A stretch of DNA of 64,000 nt from Chloroflexota bacterium (lineage in GTDB: Bacteria; Chloroflexota; Chloroflexia; Chloroflexales; Roseiflexaceae): contig JBEANH010000001.1 in NCBI GenBank assembly GCA_041165505.1, forward strand, positions 12,021 to 76,020. Direction: 5' to 3'. The notes beneath the pieces were generated by a model. That model was not told the origin of the DNA. It saw only the letters and a list, made by a program, of their open reading frames with translations, and made no database searches. The position numbers and the translations under genes are program-made. Shown here piece by piece: positions 37,828 to 47,102 of the stretch (position 1 is its first letter; each line of letters opens with the position of its first letter).

Positions 37828-39631
37828 TGTGTAATGCGGCAAACTGGCGGTTGTAGAGGTCTGCATACATGCCACCGTGCGCAAGGAGCTCGTCATGTGT
37901 GCCGATTTCGATGATTTGTCCATGATCGAGCACCACGATGCGGTCTGCCCCGCGCACCGTGGAAAGGCGATGGGCAATCACGAAACTGGTGCGACCGCGG
38001 AGCAATCGTTCAAGCGCTTCTTGAATCAACATCTCTGTGCGCGTATCCACGCTACTCGTCGCCTCGTCGAGAATTAGTAGGCGTGGCGATGCCAAAATCG
38101 CCCGTGCGATGCCGATTAGTTGACGTTGCCCTTGGCTCAATGAAACACCCGATGTGCCGAGTATGGTGTCGTAGCCGTTGGGTAGCGCCATGATGAATTG
38201 ATGCGCATTCGCATTGCGGGCGGCGGCTTCGATGTCCGCATCACTCGCTGTTAACTTGCCATAACGGATATTATTGCGTACTGTATCCGAAAACAAGAAC
38301 GTCTCTTGCAAGACCATGCTCATCTGGTGGCGCAGCGATTGTGCGTGATAGTGCGTGAGTGCGATACCATCAATGAGTATCGTTCCTTCTGTGGCATCGT
38401 AGAGTCGGGGAATCAACGACACAAACGACGTTTTTCCTGACCCCGTGGGACCAACCACGGCAATCATTTCGCCTGGTTTTGCGGCAAACGAAATATCACG
38501 GAGTACCCAATCCCCGTCGCCCGTTTCTCCCTTGCGGGCACCATACCGGAACCAAACATGCTGAAATTCGACGGCACCGTGCAACGTGTCAATCTGGCGT
38601 TGATGCGCTTCAACGGGCATGTCAACGGGCATGTCAATCAACGTGAAGGTGCGCTCAGCGGCAGCAATCGCCGATTGTGCTGTGGTGAAAAACTGCGAAA
38701 TGGCTTGGATTGGTTGAAAAAAGAAGGCCACATATGTCAGAAATGCAACGACCGTGCCCGGCGTCACATTCTCGTTGATGACCAGATACCCACCATAGCC
38801 GGCCACAATTGCAATGCCAAGCGACGACAAGACGGCTACGAGTGGGCCGAAGGCTGCAGTAATTGCGGTTGCGGTCATGTTCGCATCACGATTTACCGCA
38901 TTGCGTTGGGCAAAACGTTCACGATTGACTTCGGTGCGGGTAAACGCCTGTGCCACTTTTACACCGGCGATTTCTTCTTGAATGTCCGAAGAGACGTCAC
39001 CAATGGATTCGCGGGTTTTGCGGTATGCGCGGCGTGCCATTGTGGCAAAGACCTGTGTCATAACGACTAGTACTGGCACCACGGACAGACTCGCAAGCGA
39101 TAACCGATAGTCGAGGACGAACATGGCGATAATAATGCCGATGAGTGTGAATAAACTCCCGATCATCATGTTGAGTCCTTGGCCGAGGAGTTGGGTGATG
39201 ACGTCAATGTCGTTGACAATGCGCGACATCAGATCACCTGCCGGGTTGCGGTCGAAAAAACGCAATGGCAATTTTTGGAGATGGGCAAAGAGTTCCGTCC
39301 GCATTTGGGCGATAGTGAGTTGGCCAACCTGACCCACATACTGAAACGCGAAGCGTGATGTGAGCGCACCAATCAGGTAACAGGCTAAGAGACCGAGCAT
39401 GTACTGTACGAGGAGTGCGCTATCCTTGGTGGTTATTGCGTCGTCTACGGCACGGCCGATGAGCACTGGACTGAGTGCTTGATTCACCGCACTAATCAAT
39501 GCAAACGTAATAATCCAGACAAAGGTCCAGGCATGTGGCCGCAGGTAGCGAGCGAGTCGTTTTGTAGTTGTACTGGTATCGTCGGCTTTGCCCTCTGGTA
39601 ACGATGCCATTCCGCGAATGCCATGCCACAT
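37799..39631 (-). CDS. ABC exporter half-transporter (TMD-NBD)
   Basis: 610 aa with Walker A GPTGSGKTS, signature LSQGQ, Walker B LILDEATS and H-loop AHR. Its start overlaps the partner's stop by 1 nt. Confidence 0.9.
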   Translation of the reverse strand: MWHGIRGMASLPEGKADDTSTTTKRLARYLRPHAWTFVWIITFALISAVNQALSPVLIGRAVDDAITTKDSALLVQYMLGLLACYLIGALTSRFAFQYVGQVGQLTIAQMRTELFAHLQKLPLRFFDRNPAGDLMSRIVNDIDVITQLLGQGLNMMIGSLFTLIGIIIAMFVLDYRLSLASLSVVPVLVVMTQVFATMARRAYRKTRESIGDVSSDIQEEIAGVKVAQAFTRTEVNRERFAQRNAVNRDANMTATAITAAFGPLVAVLSSLGIAIVAGYGGYLVINENVTPGTVVAFLTYVAFFFQPIQAISQFFTTAQSAIAAAERTFTLIDMPVDMPVEAHQRQIDTLHGAVEFQHVWFRYGARKGETGDGDWVLRDISFAAKPGEMIAVVGPTGSGKTSFVSLIPRLYDATEGTILIDGIALTHYHAQSLRHQMSMVLQETFLFSDTVRNNIRYGKLTASDADIEAAARNANAHQFIMALPNGYDTILGTSGVSLSQGQRQLIGIARAILASPRLLILDEATSSVDTRTEMLIQEALERLLRGRTSFVIAHRLSTVRGADRIVVLDHGQIIEIGTHDELLAHGGMYADLYNRQFAALHTTSEPAPSV

Positions 39632-41379
39632 CAGCGTACTCCTTCGAGGGCGATTTGTTGCCCGAATTGTGAATCAATAATCTCGCCGTAAACCGCATTG
39701 TCACGCAACAGGTCGTCGTGTTTCCCGTGGCCGACGATTTTTCCACCGTCGAGCAACAAAATGAGATCCGCATTACGTACCGTGCTAATGCGCTGGGCGA
39801 TGACGAACGATGTCCGGTTGTGCATCAATTCATCGAGTGCTTGCTGGATTTTGAACTCTGTTTCTGCGTCCACCGCAGACGTACTATCGTCGAGAATCAA
39901 AATTTTAGGGTTGAGCAATAATGCCCGTGCAATGGCAATGCGCTGTCGTTGTCCACCCGACAGCCCGACACCACGTTCCCCCACCATGGTGTGGTAGCCG
40001 TCGGGGAGCTCGTGGATGAATGCGTCAGCTTGGGCTTTTTCTGCTGCAGCAATGACTTCAGCGTCCGACGCATCGGGGCGCCCGTATGCGATGTTGTCTC
40101 GGATTGAACCGCTGAAGAGCATCGTTTCTTGGAGTACGATGCCGATCTGGCGACGCAGACTATCAATGGTGAGCGTTTTGACATCGTGTCCATCAATGGT
40201 AACGTGGCCGTCTGTCACATCGTAGAAACGCGGAATCAAGTTGACAATTGAACTCTTGCCGCTGCCCGTGGTACCCAATATGGCGACTGTTGTGCCCGCG
40301 GGGATTGTGAACGACACGTCATCGAGCACTTTGTTGGCCGATCCCGCATACCGCAATGACACATTGTGAAATGCCACATGCCCGACGATGGGAGGGAGCG
40401 TTGTGGCATCAGGTGCCTCGGCAACGTCGTTGTGTGTATCGAGCAGTTCGAGAATACGGTCGTTGCTGACCGTTGCACGAGAAATCTGTGCAGCGATCAT
40501 GCCGAGCATGAATATGGGTTGAAACAGCAGGGTGAGAAACGTGTTAAACGCAACGAGCTCGCCCACACTGAGTTGGTCGTTGATGACTTGGTACCCTCCC
40601 ACCCATAGAATCATCAATGTTCCTAGATTGCTGATGAGAAAAATCAATGGAAATGAACTGGCCATGGCTTTGACGGACTTGAGATTCATGTCAATCAGTG
40701 CGTCGTGTTTGTGGCCGAAACGCTCCTGTTCATATGCTTCACGCCCGAATGCTTTCACGAGGCGTACGCCACTGATGTTTTCTTGCAGAACCACGTTGAG
40801 CGCGCCGAGGCGTATCTGAATTTCTTCCCACATGGGACGTACGACACGCATGAAATAGCCCAGCACCACCACCGATGGTGGAATGAACAAGATGGCCACT
40901 ATTGCTAACTGCCAATTCATCGAGAAGAGCGCAATTAAGCTGCCGATAATCATGATGAGCGCACCGATGAACTGCATCAGCCCGCCGGCAATGAATGTGC
41001 GCACTTGTTCGACGTCGCTCGTCAAGCGGGTCATCAGCTGACCGGCCTGGGTGCGATCGTGGTAGGCGAAACTCAGCGTTTGGATTTTTTCAAACAACAC
41101 ATTGCGGATATCGAAGGCGTATGATTGTGAAACTTGTTCGACCCAGTAACTCTGGGTAAAGCTGGTAATACCACGGACCACAGCGAGCACTAGCAACCAC
41201 ACCACCCCGGTATAAATGGGTGCCCAGTTGCGTTCCATGATGCCGTTATCGAGGATGTCACGCAGAACGAGTGGTCCATACAGGTTGCCGAGACTCGCCA
41301 AAATCAAGCTGAGCCATGATCCGACAAACAGCACCCAATACGGTGCGAGTTGTGCCAACATCCGGCGTATGTTTTGCAT
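39631..41379 (-). CDS. ABC exporter half-transporter (TMD-NBD), degenerate catalytic site
   Basis: Motifs are Walker A GTTGSGKSS, LSGGQ, Walker B ILILDDSTS (Glu to Asp) and an H-loop His to Gln (IAQR). I chose the ATG at 41379, which has a GGAGGT RBS. Confidence 0.9.
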   Translation of the reverse strand: MQNIRRMLAQLAPYWVLFVGSWLSLILASLGNLYGPLVLRDILDNGIMERNWAPIYTGVVWLLVLAVVRGITSFTQSYWVEQVSQSYAFDIRNVLFEKIQTLSFAYHDRTQAGQLMTRLTSDVEQVRTFIAGGLMQFIGALIMIIGSLIALFSMNWQLAIVAILFIPPSVVVLGYFMRVVRPMWEEIQIRLGALNVVLQENISGVRLVKAFGREAYEQERFGHKHDALIDMNLKSVKAMASSFPLIFLISNLGTLMILWVGGYQVINDQLSVGELVAFNTFLTLLFQPIFMLGMIAAQISRATVSNDRILELLDTHNDVAEAPDATTLPPIVGHVAFHNVSLRYAGSANKVLDDVSFTIPAGTTVAILGTTGSGKSSIVNLIPRFYDVTDGHVTIDGHDVKTLTIDSLRRQIGIVLQETMLFSGSIRDNIAYGRPDASDAEVIAAAEKAQADAFIHELPDGYHTMVGERGVGLSGGQRQRIAIARALLLNPKILILDDSTSAVDAETEFKIQQALDELMHNRTSFVIAQRISTVRNADLILLLDGGKIVGHGKHDDLLRDNAVYGEIIDSQFGQQIALEGVR

Positions 41380-41453
41380 CAGTCTACCTCCATGGCTGCG
41401 CAATCAATGGCGCTACCCTGTATTGTACGGTGATTCGTGCGTATTTGTATCCA

Positions 41454-42188
41454 TCATTTGGGTGATTTTAGGCGATCATAACTCCCGGTAATCAGTAACT
41501 CAGTGAGCCGCGGACGACGCCATTGCATCGTCGTCGCATACCAACGGTCGTGGGCGTGCTGGCTCCGGAACACAGGCGCATAACAGCGTGTGGTGAAGAC
41601 GCGTAAAAATTCTTCGCGATTCAACGTGCGATTCCCGGGATAGTCTTCCGGCACACCATCGCCATCTCTGTCCACGTTATTGCTGTCCATACGGAAATCG
41701 CCCAACTCTGGCCATTGGCTGTCGAGGACGTAGTATTCCATGTGGTGCTTTCCAGACGCATCGGTGTACGGGTCACTGTATCCCACGAGCAGCACGGCAT
41801 GTTGGCCAAACACCCGTTGGCGTCCGAATTGTGCTGCTGTGTATATATCGAGAATCGTGGGAATGCCATAGTCAATTAGTTGACATAACACTTTTTCGCA
41901 ATCTGTATAACGCAAACAACCAAAATGACTGCCGTAGCCACGTCGTCGGAGTTGGTACGTCTTGAGGAACGGGAGCGTGCCTCCGAGCGCCGCTTGAAAG
42001 AACGGTCCGAGTTCGCGGCGAAACTCATGCGGATGGTAACGGTGCGATTGCGTGAGGAGATTGAGCGCGTTTGCCAGTGTAGTGACGCTACAGGCATTGA
42101 GGGTCTGTCCTGTGACTGGCCATGCAGTGGTGGGCGGGTCAAACACGCTATGCACATATGCGGGAAATGGCGCCATGCGGATGCTCAT
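41454..42188 (-). CDS. Stand-alone papain-fold cysteine peptidase (Peptidase_C39_2-like)
   Basis: 244 aa with no signal peptide. The Cys motif is QTLNACSVTTLANAL and the His motif is GQHAVLLVGYSD. Confidence 0.6.
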   Translation of the reverse strand: MSIRMAPFPAYVHSVFDPPTTAWPVTGQTLNACSVTTLANALNLLTQSHRYHPHEFRRELGPFFQAALGGTLPFLKTYQLRRRGYGSHFGCLRYTDCEKVLCQLIDYGIPTILDIYTAAQFGRQRVFGQHAVLLVGYSDPYTDASGKHHMEYYVLDSQWPELGDFRMDSNNVDRDGDGVPEDYPGNRTLNREEFLRVFTTRCYAPVFRSQHAHDRWYATTMQWRRPRLTELLITGSYDRLKSPK

Positions 42189-42189
42189 A

Positions 42190-42219
42190 TTGACAGTCTT
42201 GCTCTTTGCATATTATACT
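42190..42219 (+). promoter_or_regulatory. Sigma70-like promoter TTGACA-18-TATACT for the B12 riboswitch transcript
   Basis: TTGACA is at 42190-42195 and TATACT at 42214-42219. The riboswitch P1 begins about 35 nt downstream. Confidence 0.55.
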
Positions 42220-42254
42220 AGCGCTTGCAGCGTGAGCTGCCACAAGTACATAAC

Positions 42255-42375
42255 TGATGAGATGACCCGCTAGCCCGGATGCTAGGGCGTAAAGGTGGAA
42301 GACGGTGAAAGTCCGTCGCTGTGCCGCAACTGTAAGTATTGTGAAGCAATACAAGTCAGGAAACCTGTCTCATCA
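42255..42375 (+). promoter_or_regulatory. Cobalamin (B12) riboswitch aptamer
   Basis: The P1 helix pairs TGATGAGA with TCTCATCA. Conserved core GGTGAAAGTCC...GCCGCAACTGTAA and the B12 box AAGTCAGGAAACCTG are present. It sits upstream of btuFCD-like genes. Confidence 0.85.
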
Positions 42376-42454
42376 CGTACGTGGTTGTTGCCTTCTCGAG
42401 CAAGGGAGGGACCATGAAGAAGAACATACACGCCGTGTATCGTTTTTCGGATTG

Positions 42455-42484
42455 CCCTCGCGTTTCAGCGAGGGATTTTTATTT
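42455..42484 (+). terminator. Riboswitch expression-platform terminator
   Basis: CCCTCGC-GTTTCA-GCGAGGG followed by ATTTTTATTT, 20 nt before the btuF-like start. Confidence 0.7.
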
Positions 42485-42505
42485 ACTTGGTGAAAGGACA
42501 GTCTT

Positions 42506-43498
42506 GTGAAACAGTTGTGTATCCGTTTGTTGCTGAGTCTCGGTTTTGCGCTGGTTGCCTGTACGCCGGCCGCTACACCTGCAGCAACGAGTACTCCGGT
42601 TGTAGCAACCGTTCCCGCAGAGGCCACTGCGACTGCGGTAATGGAAATGGTCGCTCCTGCGGAATCCGTAACGATTACTGACGGTGCTGGTCGTAGCGTT
42701 GAGATCCCGGTTGCGGTGACACGGGTCGTCTCACTCGCCCCGAGTACCACGGAAATCGTTTATGCACTCGGTAAGGGTGATACGATGGTGGCAGTGGACA
42801 TGTTTAGTGATTATCCTGCCGCGACCGCAGATGTGCCCAAAATTTCAAACCCTGACATGACCTACAACTACGAGCAGATTGCTACACTCAAGCCCGATGT
42901 GGTGTTGGCTGCGGCAATCACCAGTCCCGATGCGATTACTGCTATCGAAAAACTGGGTATTCCGGTGGTTGTAGTGGGTACATTTACGACGACGATGGCG
43001 AGTGTGCAAGCAGATATTGCGCTGGTGGGTGCAGTGCTGGGTGTATCCGATGCAGCGAATGCGATGAATCAGCAAATGCAGGCCACCTGGGACATGATTG
43101 CTGCCAAAGTCGCTGGAGTCACCACCAAGCCCAAAGTCTTTTGGGAACTTGATGCCACCGATCCGAGTAAACCATATACCGTAGGCAAAGGAAGCTTCAT
43201 TTCCGACATTATCGCGACGGCTGGTGCGGTGAATGTTTTTGCAGATGTAGACAACCCGTACCCCCAAGTCAGCATCGAACAAGTCGTCATCGCGGCGCCC
43301 GACATCATCATTTTGTCTGATGCTGCCTACGGTGTTACCGCAGAGCAAGTGATTGCACGACCAGGCTGGGAGACAATCCCTGCCGTGAAATCACAGATGG
43401 TTTACCCGATTGACGATAACCTGGTTAGCCGGCCTGGTCCGCGCATCGTGGATGGTTTGGCCGCAGTGGTTGCCATCGTGCATCCTGAGGTCAAATAG
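42506..43498 (+). CDS. Cobalamin/corrinoid ABC transporter substrate-binding lipoprotein (BtuF-like)
   Basis: 330 aa with a GTG start and a lipobox (ALVAC). The family assignment rests on the class III periplasmic-binding pattern. The gene lies downstream of the B12 riboswitch. Confidence 0.8.
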   Translation: MKQLCIRLLLSLGFALVACTPAATPAATSTPVVATVPAEATATAVMEMVAPAESVTITDGAGRSVEIPVAVTRVVSLAPSTTEIVYALGKGDTMVAVDMFSDYPAATADVPKISNPDMTYNYEQIATLKPDVVLAAAITSPDAITAIEKLGIPVVVVGTFTTTMASVQADIALVGAVLGVSDAANAMNQQMQATWDMIAAKVAGVTTKPKVFWELDATDPSKPYTVGKGSFISDIIATAGAVNVFADVDNPYPQVSIEQVVIAAPDIIILSDAAYGVTAEQVIARPGWETIPAVKSQMVYPIDDNLVSRPGPRIVDGLAAVVAIVHPEVK

Positions 43499-43500
43499 TC

Positions 43501-44547
43501 ATGGCATATGACGAGATGCATCACAAGATCCGGCTTGCGAAGTACTCGGCATATGCAATCGCGCTTAGCGTATGTGGCGTATTGTTTGTGGTTGGAGTCA
43601 TGCTGGGAAGCGTGGTCATCCAACCACAAACCATTCTGGCCGTCTTGTGGGGATGGCTGTGGGGGGATATCGCACCAGAAATCCCATCGAGTGTGGTGAC
43701 CATTATTACCACTATCCGTTTGCCACGGGTATTGATGGTGGCGCTTGCAGGTGCCGCACTTGCGAGCTCGGGTGCCGCCTACCAAGGTCTCTTTCGAAAT
43801 CCACTCGCAGACCCGTACATCATCGGGGTTGCTGCGGGTGCCGGGTTGGGTGCAATTCTGGCAGTGGCACTGCTCGGTGGCGCCATATTGGCGTGGTATC
43901 AACTGCCACTTGGCGCGTTTGCTGGAGCGCTGTTGGTGGTGGTCATCGTCTACGTATTAGCACGACAGCACACTGGAAGTACGAGCAACGATTTGATTTT
44001 GGCTGGTGTTGCCCTCGGTGCATTGGCCAACGCACTCACCACATTCATCATGATGCGACTCGGTCGTCAGTTGTCGCAATTGTTGGGATTTCTGCTGGGG
44101 AGCACAGGGAGTATTGGTTGGAATGCAGTGGCAATCCTGGCCGTGAGTGTGAGTGTAGGGATGGCACTGTTACTGGTTGCAGCACGCGATTTAAATGTGC
44201 TGCTCCTCACCGAAGAGCATGCGTTATTTTTGGGAATTCATGTGAAATACATCCGTGCGCTGGTGATTACCGGTGCCACCCTGATGACGGCAACAGCCGT
44301 TGCATTTCACGGATTAATTGGTTTTGTGGGCATCATTGTGCCACATTCGATGCGGCTCGTCGTGGGTGGCGATCATCGTCGTCTCATTCCGCTCTCAGCG
44401 ATTGCGGGTGCCGCATTCCTCCTTTTCGCTGATATCATTGCACGTACCATCCAACCACCGCAAGAATTACCGGTGGGGATTATTACTGCTTGTTGTGGTG
44501 CGCCATTCTTCTTGTGGCAACTGCTATCACGCAGGCGTGAGGGATGA
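43501..44547 (+). CDS. FecCD-family ABC permease (BtuC-like)
   Basis: 348 aa and about 10 TM helices, with typical FecCD motifs (RLPRVLMVALAGAALA, NPLADPYIIG). Confidence 0.85.
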   Translation: MAYDEMHHKIRLAKYSAYAIALSVCGVLFVVGVMLGSVVIQPQTILAVLWGWLWGDIAPEIPSSVVTIITTIRLPRVLMVALAGAALASSGAAYQGLFRNPLADPYIIGVAAGAGLGAILAVALLGGAILAWYQLPLGAFAGALLVVVIVYVLARQHTGSTSNDLILAGVALGALANALTTFIMMRLGRQLSQLLGFLLGSTGSIGWNAVAILAVSVSVGMALLLVAARDLNVLLLTEEHALFLGIHVKYIRALVITGATLMTATAVAFHGLIGFVGIIVPHSMRLVVGGDHRRLIPLSAIAGAAFLLFADIIARTIQPPQELPVGIITACCGAPFFLWQLLSRRREG

Positions 44548-45335
44548 CGATGACACACGCGATTCAGATTGCTCATGTGCACGTAGCATATGGAACCAGC
44601 ACCGTATTGCACGACATCAATTGCTCGATTGCTCCAGGAGAAGTGGTTGTCTGTATCGGCCCAAACGGAGCAGGAAAGAGTTCGCTGTTACGTGCTATCG
44701 CTGGTGTTGTGCCACTCACCCACGGACAGATTCACATCCATGGAGACGCCATCCATGCCTTGACGCCCGCTCAGCGCGCCCAGCGTGTGGCCGTGGTTCC
44801 GCAACAGGTCCATATGCCAACCGGATTCAGCGTCTACGACGTCGTTGCCATGGCGCGGTATGTGCATCATCCCTGGTATGCACCGTTGCGAACGCACGAC
44901 CACGACATCATCGTAGATGCGTTGCAGCGTGCCGGTGTGAGTGAGTTTGCACATAAACTGGCAACACAACTCAGTGGTGGTGAACAACAACGGGTTGCAT
45001 TCGCACGGGCAATTGCTCAGCAACCAACCGTGTTGATTCTCGACGAATCCACTGCACATCTCGATTTGCGTCATCAGTACGGCATCGTCCAAACCGTTCA
45101 TCAGTTGGCGCGAGCGGGTGTCACCATCGTTGCCGCCATGCACGATATCAATCTGGCTGCAGTGACGGCGCAACGTATCTGTTTACTCGATGGTGGTCGT
45201 TTACTCATGTGTGGGACGCCCGCAGAGGTGCTACAAGCACACCATTTGTCTGCCGTGTATCAGACCCCACTCCAAGTGGTTGGGCGTCGTGATGGCCAGG
45301 TCCCCTATTTTCACATTGCAGTTGATGGTGCATAG
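44544..45335 (+). CDS. ABC transporter ATP-binding protein (BtuD/FepC-like)
   Basis: 263 aa with Walker A GPNGAGKSS, LSGGEQQR and Walker B LILDEST. ATGA overlap with the permease. Confidence 0.85.
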   Translation: MTMTHAIQIAHVHVAYGTSTVLHDINCSIAPGEVVVCIGPNGAGKSSLLRAIAGVVPLTHGQIHIHGDAIHALTPAQRAQRVAVVPQQVHMPTGFSVYDVVAMARYVHHPWYAPLRTHDHDIIVDALQRAGVSEFAHKLATQLSGGEQQRVAFARAIAQQPTVLILDESTAHLDLRHQYGIVQTVHQLARAGVTIVAAMHDINLAAVTAQRICLLDGGRLLMCGTPAEVLQAHHLSAVYQTPLQVVGRRDGQVPYFHIAVDGA

Positions 45336-45364
45336 ACCGCACAATGGGCGTGTAGGAGGGTGAC

Positions 45365-46027
45365 ATGGGATACGCAATACTCGTGATAATCGTGACTGGA
45401 ATAGGCATGCTTCTGTTGGGCGGTGTGATGTATCCCAGCTTGCCCGCACGTGTGCCGAGTCATTGGAATATTGTGGGAGAGGTGGATGCATGGCAGTCTC
45501 CACTTCAGACCGTCCTCGGCTTACCGTTGCTGAGCATCGCAATTGGTGTGGTGCTACTGTTTCTGACACGCCTTGATACCAGACCCGTCATCCAGCGCGC
45601 CATGGCGCACATGGTAATCATTTTGATGTGCTTTTTCAGTATCATCCACGTGTCCGTTGTGCTCAGCGCAGTTGGGTATACTGTCGCGGTGCCACGTGTG
45701 GTGATTGCTGCAGTCGGTCTCGTGTTTGGTGGGTTGAGCTTCATCATGCGTGATGTGATTCCGAATGATTTTATCGGAATCCGCGTAAAGTGGACGCTGG
45801 AAAATTCAATCGTGTGGCATGAAACGCATGCAATGGCCGCAGGCATGTTTGGTAGTGCCGCTGTGCTGTTGGTTGTTGGTGCATTCACCCCACTCTCGAC
45901 CACCATGCTCTTCCTGTGTCTATGTGCCGCAGTTGCAGTCGCAGTGGGGTGGCCCGTACGCTATGCGTATCGGCGTTATCACCAACTCATGACGGCCGAA
46001 ACGTCGAACGCAACCCGTGACGACTAA
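45365..46027 (+). CDS. DUF1648/SdpI-family membrane protein
   Basis: 220 aa. The N-terminal LPARVPSHWNIVGEVD motif is followed by 4-5 TM helices. Confidence 0.6.
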   Translation: MGYAILVIIVTGIGMLLLGGVMYPSLPARVPSHWNIVGEVDAWQSPLQTVLGLPLLSIAIGVVLLFLTRLDTRPVIQRAMAHMVIILMCFFSIIHVSVVLSAVGYTVAVPRVVIAAVGLVFGGLSFIMRDVIPNDFIGIRVKWTLENSIVWHETHAMAAGMFGSAAVLLVVGAFTPLSTTMLFLCLCAAVAVAVGWPVRYAYRRYHQLMTAETSNATRDD

Positions 46028-46928
46028 GGTGTCGTTTATTGATTTTGGCGACGACCGTGTAGGCAGGATCAAACACATTGCCGATTTGGTATTCAATGGC
46101 TTGTCCCATCAGCATGGCTGCTGTTGCACTATCTGCGCCACACTCAATCAGGAAACGATGCAGTTCGCTGGTGGCATGTTGGAGCGCCTGGTCGAGGGGG
46201 CGCGCATTGCCGACGGCGTAGAGGTGCGTGTCATCTTCGGCGCGTGGCCAGAGAATTCGACCCATGGGGGCTTTGTCGAGGTGGACGGTGACGGCAAGTG
46301 CTGATTCAACACCCGTGCCGCTGATTTCACCACACCCTTGGACCAAATGCCCATCTCCCGCAAAAAAGAGTGCATCAGCAACTGCCACGGGGAAATATAC
46401 GGTACAGCCTGTGGTGAACAAACGAAAATCCATGTTGCCACCATGCGGGCCCGATGTGGCCGTTGATACGGCTTCGCCGCGGCTTGGAGCCACCCCAAAG
46501 CAACCAACCATTGGTGCGTATTCCACGGTCACTGGAGCACTGTGCACCCCGCGACTTGTCAGCGTTCCCGTGTGTGCATCGTAGTCCCAGTACTCTTTGG
46601 GGAGCTTCGTGCCAGGCAAAAAGGGAAGCTGACCGACGTATTCGGGGTCTACCACATTCCCTGCCAGTGACGGGTAGCTCCACCCGTGACTACGCAAGGG
46701 TGTGAGTGAGATGAACGTGACTGCGAGCACGTCACCGGGAACGAGTGACGTGACGGCAATCGGGCCAGTCATCGGGTTGCCGGGAGTGGTGACTTGTGTA
46801 TCGGTGCCGTCAATGCCGTGGGCATCAACGCAGTACATAGTGACATAATCGCCACACGCCACAGAAAGTGCGACAGGGTGAGTCCCGATGGTGCGGTAGT
46901 AAGTGGTTGGCTGAATAACGTGCTGCAT
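45987..46928 (-). CDS. Acetamidase/formamidase (FmdA/AmdA) family protein
   Basis: The family assignment rests on the overall sequence pattern (PGNPMTGPI, GGNMD, HLVQGCGEISGTG). I chose the ATG at 46928, which has a GCGAGGA RBS. There is a 41-nt convergent overlap with the SdpI-like gene. Confidence 0.7.
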   Translation of the reverse strand: MQHVIQPTTYYRTIGTHPVALSVACGDYVTMYCVDAHGIDGTDTQVTTPGNPMTGPIAVTSLVPGDVLAVTFISLTPLRSHGWSYPSLAGNVVDPEYVGQLPFLPGTKLPKEYWDYDAHTGTLTSRGVHSAPVTVEYAPMVGCFGVAPSRGEAVSTATSGPHGGNMDFRLFTTGCTVYFPVAVADALFFAGDGHLVQGCGEISGTGVESALAVTVHLDKAPMGRILWPRAEDDTHLYAVGNARPLDQALQHATSELHRFLIECGADSATAAMLMGQAIEYQIGNVFDPAYTVVAKINKRHLSRHGLRSTFRPS

Positions 46929-46952
46929 ACGTCCTCGCTGTTCATGGCAGTT

Positions 46953-46981
46953 TTGACACATTTTCGTCGTGTGCATATACT
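46953..46981 (+). promoter_or_regulatory. Consensus-like promoter TTGACA-17-TATACT
   Basis: The hexamers and spacing are exact. The -10 lies within a perfect 12-bp palindrome TATACTAGTATA (46976-46987), which also presents TATACT on the minus strand. Confidence 0.55.
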
Positions 46982-47060
46982 AGTATACATGGACGAAGAC
47001 GCACATTTATGCCAGTTAAATAGCTGTTGACGACCACGTGCTCCTCGATGTTACTCGACG

Positions 47061-47072
47061 TGACACGTGTCA
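47061..47072. promoter_or_regulatory. Perfect 12-bp palindrome TGACACGTGTCA (candidate operator)
   Basis: Located about 30 nt upstream of the RBS of the PRC/MgtE-N/CBS gene, in a divergent intergenic region. Confidence 0.35.
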
Positions 47073-47102
47073 TTGTCAGTGTGCACACCGAGGAGGTGGG
47101 CG

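Noticed and set aside
43572-44432. A 286-aa alternative-frame ORF inside the btuC-like gene.
   Set aside because: It is on the same strand, is out of frame with a strongly supported FecCD permease, and is Arg/Cys/Gly-rich. It is a frame artefact of GC-rich coding sequence.
46988-47102. A metal riboswitch (M-box, yybP-ykoY or NiCo) in the 5' UTR of the MgtE-N/NRAMP operon.
   Set aside because: I could not recognise any conserved cores of these classes, and the UTR is shorter than an M-box. It is left as an untested possibility under the palindrome finding.
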